A stretch of DNA of 64,000 bases. Source: Macrostomum lignano. Its lineage: Eukaryota. Positions 54,401 through 64,000 of this stretch are shown piece by piece; within the stretch, counting starts at the first letter, position 1; each line of letters starts with the position of its first letter. The notes beneath the pieces were generated by a model. That model was not told the DNA's origin. It ran no database searches and was given only the letters and a program-made list of their open reading frames with translations. The position numbers were made by a program, and so were the translations under genes. The stretch is taken from the NCBI GenBank assembly GCA_002269645.1, contig NIVC01002595.1, positions 1-64,000 on the forward strand, in the 5' to 3' direction.

Positions 54401-57400
54401 TATTTAGCGTACTGGGGCGCACACAGGCCGCATCTGCTAACAGATGTGCTATTTACGACGCAATTTAAAATTTTTTTTTATATTCCATTAACAATTCGTA
54501 GCGAACTCACAATTAAGTCTGATTGATAAGCTCAATCACCCGTGTGAGCGTGTTGTGAGTGCGTGCCTGTGTACAGTATTGACGAGCTTGTGTATGAGCT
54601 CAGTAGGGTGGTCCACAAATTATTGTAAGAACATTGTTTTTGAATACATTGCGATTAATCCATTGCGACTGTAATTAAGACCATAGGAAGTTAGGATGCA
54701 AAATATAACTTACTGTATGCATTAGTAATCAGTGGACAATAGTGACAGAAATGGTTTCACTTTAATAGGCAAATATGACAATTGTAAAGTAAAATTTTAA
54801 GACTGTCACTAAATGGGCCGTTTTTACCACCATTTTTCATGCGAAACTTGTTGCATTGAGCAACCTCTTCGAAATTTTAGAAAGGACAATTTTTTATGTG
54901 AGCCATTCTTTTATCAAACATTAGACATTTTGAGGGGCTCAAGTTTCACTTCTTAAAAACAATGTTTTTACATCGTGTGGGTGTGAAAAAGTTTTGAAAT
55001 CAAGAATTTAATTCTCTATTGATGCCAACTGGAACATGGGCAGTTCTTCACTACTCACTATTTAGCGCAGTCGATCAGCTGGTACTCGTTAATTCTCTAT
55101 TGATGCTAACTGGAACATGGGCAGTTCTTCACTACTCACTATTTAGCGCAGTCGATCAGCTGGTACTCGTTAATTCTCTATTGATGCTAACTGGAACATG
55201 GGCAGTTCTTCACTACTCACTATTTAGCGCAGTCGATCAGCTGGTACTCGTTAATTCTCTATTGATGCTAACTGGAACATGGGCAGTTCTTCACTACTCA
55301 CTATTTAGCGCAGTCGATCAGCTGGTACTCGTTAATTCTCTATTGATGCCAACTGGAACATGGGCAGTTCTTCACTACTCACTATTTAGCGCAGTCGATC
55401 AGCTGGTACTCGTTAATTCTCTATTGATGCTAACTGGAACATGGGCAGTTCTTCACTACTCACTATTTAGCGCAGTCGATCAGCTGGTACTCGTTAATTC
55501 TCTATTGATGCTAACTGGAACATGGGCAGTTCTTCACTACTCACTATTTAGCGCAGTCGATCAGCTGGTACTCGTTAATTCTCTATTGATGCTAACTGGA
55601 ACATGGGCAGTTCTTCACTACTCACTATTTAGCGCAGTCGATCAGCTGGTACTCGTTAATTCTCTATTGATGCTAACTGGAACATGGGCAGTTCTTCACT
55701 ACTCACTATTTAGCGCAGTCGATCAGCTGGTACTCGTTAATTCTCTATTGATGCCAACTGGAACATGGGCAGTTCTTCACTACTCACTATTTAGCGCAGT
55801 CGATCAGCTGGTACTCGTTAATTCTCTATTGATGCTAACTGGAACATGGGCAGTTCTTCACTACTCACTATTTAGCGCAGTCGATCAGCTGGTACTCGTT
55901 AATTCTCTATTGATGCCAACTGGAACATGGGCAGTACTTCACTACTCACTATTTAGCGCAGTCGATCAGCTGGTACTCGTTAGACCGGTCAAACGAGGCC
56001 CGCACCCCGGCATCGTTCCACAGCTTGATAGTGTATTGGAAAAACTCCGGCGGATAATCGAAATCCGGTTTAGTAGCCTCGTTCTGCACATAGTTAATGT
56101 ACTCTTCGTAGTCTGCGTGCTCCAGCGTCACTGGTGGGCTCAGGTTGCTCATAGCGCCAGTTATTGACAGGATTGCATCGCGGATGTTCTTCTTGATGTC
56201 CATAATTTTCTGGCGCTTTTCTCTGGCAAACATAGCCGCAGGGGTGGAGATATTTTATTGGGGAGCACGAGAATTTCCCCAAAAAAGTTTTTCACCGAGG
56301 TTTGCCCGCCGAGATATCTCCGTCAAGATTTTCCCGCAGCGAGGTTTTCCCGCGAGAGTTTTTCCAGTTGGAATTTCGAGTAAAATCTAGTCTATAGACA
56401 ATGTTGGACTAGATTAGAACTAGACTAGATTAGAACTAGACTAGAGTAGATTTCAAATCGGATTGGATTTGACTTGAAATACCGACTGGAAAACCCTGCG
56501 GGAAAACCTCGGCGGGCAAACCACAACGGGAAAACTTCCTGTGGGAAATTCTAATAGACATTTTATTGGCTATGCACAAAGGCCTACTGTGTGGGGGGAT
56601 TCACCTGCAACCCGTAGCCACCCCTGAAGGACACTGAGGATTAGCGGCACCCACAACTGAAGGACACTGAGGATTAGCGGTACCCACAACTGAAGGACAC
56701 TGAGGATTAGCGGCACCCACAACTGAAGGACACTGAGGATTAGCGGTACCCACAACTGAAGGACACTGAGGATTAGCGGTACCCACAACTGAAGGACACT
56801 GAGGATTAGCGGTACCCACAACTGAAGGACACTGAGGATTAGCGGCACCCACAACTGAAGGACACTGAGGATTAGCGGCACCCACAACTGAAGGACACTG
56901 AGGATCATAATAAGTTGAAGTTTTTACTTACTCTGGACTGAAGCCATTGATATGCAGAATTCGCATCTGTTTAACAATAGTACTTTTGCCAGATTCTCCA
57001 GCTCCTAAAATAATTGCATTATTGAAATTAATAACAGAGTAACTTACTAAATTTCACTTGTAATTCTGCTTAATAAACTAATTAAAGTATCTTACAAAAC
57101 AGTATTAAAATAAATTTAATTTCATATATACCATAGCAAAGATCATGCTAAGCTTATATTAGAAAAGTTTTAGCCTTACTAAGGTTTATGCCATGTATAT
57201 CAAAGGAAAAAACTTTATAAGCTTGCAATTGACAAATACAATGATTTTTGCTAATTGCATTATGTAAAATTTTTAGATTATTTGTTTTATTATTGATTAT
57301 AAATTTATTTGAGTAAATTTTAAAGATAGTTTATGGACTTACAATATAAGTAACCTAATATACTAAATAAATATACAAATAATATTAATTCCAATCAAAT

Positions 57401-60400
57401 AAAGTACTAGGAAGGTTTCCTAGTACTTTATTTGTTATTTTTCAAGTGCATATAGCTCGTAGTACTAATTGATTCATTTATCCACATAGGATATATAATA
57501 TAATCATAGAATTGTTACATAAAAATTGCTATGTGCTAAAATAGTCTAATTTTTGTTCAGAATTCTAGTAACAAGGATTCTAAACTAGTCTGCATAGATC
57601 CCCATTTGCTCTAATCTACAATGATTAAAGGCTCATTCCATATAAGCATGGTCGTAACATGACAGGCTATTTTTACTTATAAAATGAAATATAATAATAG
57701 AATATACTAAACCAATATTTTAAATGAAAGATAATTTTGTCAAAAATATTTTTATAGAGTTTCATGTAGATATCATCATTAGTATAGATGCTATTAAACC
57801 TTGAATGGCACTTATGGTCGTAACAACAGGATTTTTGACATATAGAAACTAAAAGGTAAAAGTCTTATAACATTTTTATTTTTGATATTTTGCAATACAT
57901 TTTTTAAAATTTGACTCAGAACATCTTTAGTAATCATACTCTTTTTGTAGAATATATAAACTCAAAAAGGCAACAAAGATACAAAAGAAAAGGCAGCCTT
58001 ATGGTCATAACATTATGGTCGTAACATATTTTTTTCTGTCAATTTAGTAACTTTGAGGTACCAATATATTAAAAATATAATAGATTATTTGGTCACCAAT
58101 ACTTTTATCTGATGATGCAAGTACTATACTTTTATCTATAGTTTGTTTCAACCTTCCAAAGCTTTCTATTTGTTTTTAAAAGGTACACAAACTTAATGAT
58201 GTCTTTTGCTTAGAAAAATGTCTAAATTTTTACGAAAATGACTTTTTGCCACTTGATAGCATACTAATCTAACATTTTATCATTCATTTATTCTTAGATT
58301 GTAGATATTACACATAAAAAACATTTGGTAAAAAAATTGGCTGATAAGGCAATGGCAAGCAAAAATATTGACTTTTTTCTATTTTCCAAAAATGTCCATC
58401 TTATATGGAATGAGCCTAAAGATGTTCTTAATAACAAATATTTGCATATCATAGGGTATAAGGCACCCTTATAATGGGTGAAATGGTATGTAAAATTGTT
58501 TTTTCAATATGCCATATTTATGATTTCTTTCTATATGCAATAGTTTTCAAACATTATTTTTTCAAATTTGGACCTTGGTAATATTGGAAATAGTTAAGGA
58601 TTTGACAAGATTTCAATCTCAAAGCAATCTCTAGCACCAAATCCTTTAGGTTAATTGGTACTTTATCCCCTGAGCCTTGGTCTAATAGCCACATTTATTA
58701 ATAGCCATTATACCCCCCTAGTCTATTGGCTAAATTCATTGATGACTACTGGAAGCACAAACTTTACCAGCTAAAAAATTGCCAGCCAAATGTTGCTGGC
58801 TGGAAAGTTGCAAGCTAGAAAGTAGCAAGTTGCCTAGAATAAGGAGTAGTGCAGTATATATAGCAATATATTGTTTAGGAAACTTTAAGTTTAGGAAGTT
58901 TAGGAAACTTCAACTTTATTAGCACTCTTTACTAGAGGTTTGGTTAAATTTTGGGAACTATTCTAGCTGCCTAACTTACTACACTATTATATAGGTTTAA
59001 CACTTTCAGTTTATTATTATATAATAAACAAGAGATATAAGAGAGTAGACAGAAAATAAAGAGAAAAAAAGTAAAAAAAGACAAGAAAAAAAGATATGAG
59101 AGGAGAGAAAAGAGAAGAGAGAATATAGGGAAAAGAAGAAAGAGAAGAGAGAAAAAAGAGTAAAGAAGAGATAAGACAATACCATTGTCATGAAGGTAGC
59201 ATTTGCCAGGGAAAAATTTAGTATATATAAGGGTCTAAGATGCACTTAGCATACAATCACAGTGCATACAGGGGATCTACAATGCTCTTGGTGAATAATC
59301 AGTGCACACAAAAGATCCCTGTTGCACTTGGCATATACTTGTAATCATGGCAGAGATTAAGATTTCTAGTGCATGTGATGCACAATTGTTTTTGGCAAAA
59401 TTGTTATAAAATACACAATTATTAGTTAAACTAACTTGCAGTTTATAAATGTATAATTTCTCATTTAATGAAACAGATCATCTTGAAATTCCCTGAAAAT
59501 TTGTTTTGGTGCACTCTATGGCACCTTTTTGACTATAAAAAAGTAGAGAAAAGAAAGAAGGATAAAAGAAAAAGGAGACAGATAAGAGTAAAAAAAAGAG
59601 AGAAGGTTCAAAAGCTTCAAATCTTAGTTTAACACGAATTTACTCGAATCTCCAGCTGTTAACAAGCTTTTGTTTTACTTTTAACATGAGTTTGGATTCA
59701 AGAATATATGCAAAAACAATTCCAGGATTGGAATTTAGCAGGTAAATTCATAACTTCAGATAATATATAATAAAAATGGCATAACTTCAGTTTCCTATTT
59801 TTTGGAGTTTTGGATTACTTTCTAGCATTTCTAGATTAGCAATTCAACAACCTGCTTCATTTCACTGTTTCAGATTACTATCTTGTGTGACTTAGATTTT
59901 GACAAGTAAATTTCAATTTTAGAAAACTTTCTTTCAAAAGTCATTTAAGTGTCCAGTTTTGAAATTTATCATCTAATTTTAATTTTCTTAGAACTTTGTA
60001 TGAATCAATGATATTGTTATAATTTTTTAAAGTTTATTTAGATTTAATAAGTTTTATATAATAGCATATTTATATAACTATGAATTTTTTTAGAAATTTT
60101 GCAAAACTTTAAAGGGCTACAAAAGCATGTGCTGATATGTTGTATATTTTGTGTATATTATAATACATGATACATGTACATATATGTATATAGTTTATGC
60201 AATTGCAATTATTGCTTAATGATGATATATATATTAACTTGATATACATTGAACAATATTACACAAAGAAAAAATGAGAACAAAAGAAATTGCCATGTAT
60301 AGAAGAGTATATATAATAAAGGAGTTACATGTCTATCTTCTCCATGTAGTCCGTGTTTCTATAATATTGTAATTGCATAATAGACAAAGATATTTTCCAT

Positions 60401-61554
60401 CTACCTAAGTCTTGGCAATATTGTTAGAATTATCCTTTTATACAATTGCTACTACTTTATAATATACTATTTTATAAACTATATACATATATAAAAATTA
60501 ATAAAAGGTAACTAGATTTTTTGTTTTTGTATCAAAGAAGTATTTGCATTCAAAATGGCAATAAGAAACTTTTACTTATCTAGTGATGCCTTAAGTGTAC
60601 AAGTATATACTATATATAAATTTATAATATAATTTAAAATTTATACTATATATGTTTTGTATAAGCAGTAAATAAAGGAAATAAGTAAGTGTTGGTCAAA
60701 TAAAATTTTGTTTTTATAAAAAATTTTCTTGAAGCTTTTGGTTTCAAAAGAAAATACATTATTGAAATATCATTAATTACTTTTAAATTTAAGACTAGAA
60801 GTTTAAAAAATCCAGAATATAATTTATAATAAGAAACAAAATACAAAGTTATGCCAAAAATATTAATAAAAACCTTAAGACAAAATTTATATGATACTAA
60901 ATAACAATATGCTATTTTTCTTTCATTAATATATCATTTATTATATATCTGTCTTTCTAAATGTAGTTTAAATTAAAACCAACTAGTCTTCTAGATCATA
61001 TAGTTTGAAAGGCAACATATGCCAGGATTTCCTGGCATATAATAAAGGTCATATTATTTTTCAGCATACATCAGGGTATATCCTAGCATACACGACACAG
61101 AAGATACATTGTGAAAAATGACAATTTTTTTGTATTGATATACAAACCCGGCATACAAACAAGGTCTTGTCATTTTTGTGGCATTAAACCTACTATACAC
61201 AAATACACGATGCAAACCATGGATATTTTTCATAATTCAATTTTAGATATTTAAATTGTTTTGAAAATTGATGCTACAAATTTTGCTATAAATAATTTAA
61301 CTAGACAATTAAAGTATGCTATTATCATATTATCAAAATCAATTCACAAAAAAAGCATTAATATAATAGACTATATAGGCTAACCTTAACTGAATGCTGA
61401 TTAAACCAATAAAAATAAATACATTTAAAAGCATACCTAATAATAGTAGTCGATGGGTTGACTTGTAATCTTTTCGCTCTTTTTCGAGCTTCTTTTCAAT
61501 ATTTTTTGATTGATCAGTTTTTTCATTATTCTTTTTGCCACTGAAACACCCCAT
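46217..61554 (-). CDS. gnas: Guanine nucleotide-binding protein G(s) subunit alpha, 379 aa, 7 coding exons
   Basis: Exons 61554-61437, 57004-56932, 56222-55950, 51787-51479, 48147-48014, 47552-47485, 46381-46217 total 1140 nt with consistent phases. Motifs [70 protein letters not shown] and C-terminal [10 protein letters not shown] are typical of G-alpha-s. Confidence 0.96.
46404..47245. repeat. 33-bp minisatellite (GATTTGATATCTATAATATTGTAGCTAGCGGTA) in G-alpha-s intron 6
   Basis: Visible array grading to a ~31-bp variant. Confidence 0.94.
48282..49863. repeat. ~27-31-bp minisatellite (CACAGCCTGAGGATCTGAGATGTTGGAAT) in G-alpha-s intron 4
   Basis: Visible array. Confidence 0.96.
51325..51443. 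repeat. (CTGT)n microsatellite near the G-alpha-s exon 4 donor
   Basis: Directly visible. Confidence 0.95.
52250..53150. repeat. 43-bp minisatellite in G-alpha-s intron 3
   Basis: Unit CAGCTATACAGGCATAGCTATATTTGACATGACCCCCTCCCCT. Confidence 0.96.
55010..55981 (-). repeat. 81-bp x12 tandem repeat made of the G-alpha-s exon 3 end plus its 5' splice site
   Basis: 972 bp = 12 x 81. The minus-strand unit begins AACGAGTACCAGCTGATCGACTGCGCTAAATA|GTGAGT ([11 protein letters not shown]). Confidence 0.96.
56270..56552. mobile_element. Degenerate foldback/MITE-like element in G-alpha-s intron 2
   Basis: Nested inverted matches: GAATTTCCC/GGGAAATTC, GGTTTGCCCGCCGAG/CTCGGCGGGCAAACC, AGGTTTTCCCGC/GCGGGAAAACCT. 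Confidence 0.55.
56622..56905. repeat. 33-bp minisatellite in G-alpha-s intron 2, abutting the AT-rich block
   Basis: Unit CCCACAACTGAAGGACACTGAGGATTAGCGG[C/T]A. Confidence 0.95.
57630..58416. mobile_element. Non-autonomous DNA transposon (MITE), 787 bp
   Basis: Perfect 17-bp terminal inverted repeats GGCTCATTCCATATAAG, flanked by TAAA on both sides (57626-57629 and 58417-58420). Internal repeats of TATGGTCGTAACA. Confidence 0.75.
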
Positions 61555-64000
61555 GGCAGAACCCACAGGGAGGCAGCAATCTGCCTAAGTATTACAACTT
61601 TAAAAACCAATCATAAAAAATATCGTTCTTTATTTATCAAAATCGAAAGAAATTCAGCTTTTAACTGCAGGAACTTTATCGTGATATAGAATCTGATAAA
61701 TATATTGTGCAATATTGTGTATTTATTGTAAATCTTCTAACAAAACGAATTAATGACTTAGTCCAGAAAATGGCTACTTGACTAAATTACCACTAAATTT
61801 TTACTCGCTGTTGAGAAAGAATAAAACCAGGGATTCTATTCACCTAAACATATTATAAAGTATAAACTACTTGGTTTGGTACTACAAGTTCTACGAAACT
61901 ACATAGGAACAAAACTTAAAAAAGCACCGCAGTGTATTGATTTTTATTTAAGCTAAATAATAGAATTTTTATTATTATTTACTTTTAGCTACTGTGCAAA
62001 AAAGAAAAAATACAGATATAATATTTTTACTGCTATTAATGTTGTATTTTAGTTATAAACAAGTATTTTGTGAACAAATTTGACTTTTGTTTTGCGCTCG
62101 GTAATGTCACCATCAAGATCAGAATATACAGCCCATTGTAAGTTGTCAAAATTTGGGTCTATTTTTTTCAGGCTATTATTATAATTGTATAAGTTTTAAT
62201 TTTTTGTTGCAACAATTAGCTCACAGCTGCTTAACGTCAATATATATTTTTTAGATTTGTTATATAGAATTATATATACAACACAATCTTTAGCTTATGT
62301 AGACTTCACCAAAAACCTCTTTGCCGAATTCATTTCAAATAGGCCCTACTAAGTACTAAATAGAGATTTTGGCTTCAATAATAGGGAGTGTTGTTGGGCA
62401 ATGTGCTGAAGATCCTTCTAAGTTCATTTTTCAGTTGTCAACTTTGGGACTTATTTTAACTGCATTTATAATTGCAAAACAATTCTTTCTTTTGCTGCTA
62501 GTGCTGATGTCTAGTGCTGATTTTTTCATGCATTCAGGAACAATTTTTAATATGCAACAATTGCCACTTATGCAACATTCTTTTGTTATGTAATTTCTTT
62601 GCACATAGGCTATATTAGGGACTCCAGTGAGATTTTGAAACTTAAAAATTTATATATTTTCAGATATGTATCTGATAGAGGACAATAACAGCATCACAAA
62701 ATGGCTTCACTTATTAAATTTAGTTGAGTAATAAAAAAGTTATAGCATTTTTTGTGCCCAAAAAATTACGTTTTTTAGATAGGAAAAATACATTATAGAT
62801 TGTTGCCATTAGATGTACGAAAACAAAATTTTTCACTTTTTGTTGTCATATCTTTTTTGCTATTCAACATACAATATTGAGTCTGGTATCATTTTAAAGA
62901 CCAAGCAGTTCTACATAAGATTAACAAATTGTTTTTATTCTTTCTAATGTATCTTTCTTGGGGTTTGCATTTGAATTTTTAAAAAGTGAAAAATGCACAT
63001 CAAAAATAGAGCAAAATTAAAATTTCAAATGACTATTATTTAAAAGTTAATTGCTTTTTCTGAAATCTTTTTTATTTGTTTACTCTACAATATATAAAAG
63101 TATATATTTTTATACCATTTTTTCCTATATATTGACAAAGGTTAAAAAATTCACCAATTTTGTGACTTTTTTGCTACTGGAACTTGATAGCATATCTTAA
63201 AATTGCACATTTTTCAACTTTGAATGATTATATTTTTTAGACTAATGAATATATATAAAGTTTGATTTGTTTTTTTAATGAAAAACATATGAAAATGTTT
63301 TTTTTGTGTACTTTGGTTTATTTAAAAGCTCTTGTTCTTTTTTTCCAATATTATTGCTTGTTGAGTAGCTGCAACTGAAGACTGAAGTTAGCATATATTT
63401 AATGCTTATTGTCTTTACACACATAATGTATATTGTCTGCTTTGCTTTTTAACTGTAAAACATATAGGTAAATAATTGTTGATACTATTGTCTTGTATAT
63501 TTTTTGATTGAGCCTATCCTTATTGTAAAATTGTATATTGTGAATAAAGTTACCGATGAACATTTCTGTAAACAAGTGTAAAGAAGTATTTAAAAATATA
63601 TTGTACTTAAAATTGTATATTGTGAAGTTGCTTATTAAACTTACAAATGGAATAAACACAATTTCTTATGAAATTCAGTTCATTTTTATGGGAGTTTGAA
63701 TTGCAGACCAAGGTTACGTGCATTCAAGGGGTCATTTATTGGGATTGCAATTGCTATAGCTCAATAAGCTAAAGCATACATTTATTTGTATTATTTTGCC
63801 TTCAAAACTAATTTGCAATGGTAAAACGTCTTCTTTTTGGTTAAGAAAAGCCATAATAAGCCACTTTTTATATAAGTAGTATGTAAGTAGTATCGCTACT
63901 AAAAAGCAAACATTGCTGCTGCTCCTCGGCGGATGTATGTGGAAAGATATAAAAGTGCTGTGAAGAATTCCTATAAGTTCCTCTATTAAATGCAGTAGAA

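Noticed and set aside
55019-56167. 382-aa + strand ORF with 27-aa hydrophobic repeats
   Set aside because: It is the antisense translation of the 81-bp repeat and G-alpha-s exon 3.
56570-56610. AGES motif in ORF 56570..56908 as G-alpha-s exon 2
   Set aside because: It is followed by PHTV, not GKST; the true exon 2 is at 57004-56932.
61555-61566. MGSA N-terminal extension of G-alpha-s in the ORF track
   Set aside because: The track starts at GTG; the real start is the ATG at 61554, giving the conserved MGCF.

Overview
This is eukaryotic (animal) genomic DNA. GC-rich exons, poly-Ala/Gly tracts and micro/minisatellite-filled introns resemble a free-living flatworm of the Macrostomum type; that is an inference, not a database match. 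The long repetitive ORFs in the supplied track are repeat translations, not genes. Reconstructing splice sites by hand gives five genes: (1) a small single-exon secreted neuropeptide-like precursor (6075-6383, +); (2) a 7-exon TRPA-family ankyrin/6TM channel (10205-17451, -); (3) a 3-exon DMRTA/Dmrt99B-type DM+DMA transcription factor (22937-28678, +); (4) a 4-exon membrane-anchored GH65/PGGHG-like protein that seems to lack the catalytic motifs (37527-40930, -); (5) a complete 7-exon G-protein alpha-s gene (46217-61554, -). About 30 tandem arrays, a CORE-type SINE and MITE-like elements fill the rest. The most unusual observations are an abrupt switch in base composition, codon usage and repeat content inside intron 2 of the G-alpha-s gene (~56.9 kb); a 12x tandem amplification of a G-alpha-s exon end with its 5' splice site; an unrecognised candidate neuropeptide (AGHPFQSQAW); an AP-1/MEIS-motif minisatellite bracketing Dmrt exon 1; and an almost adenine-free microsatellite intron.
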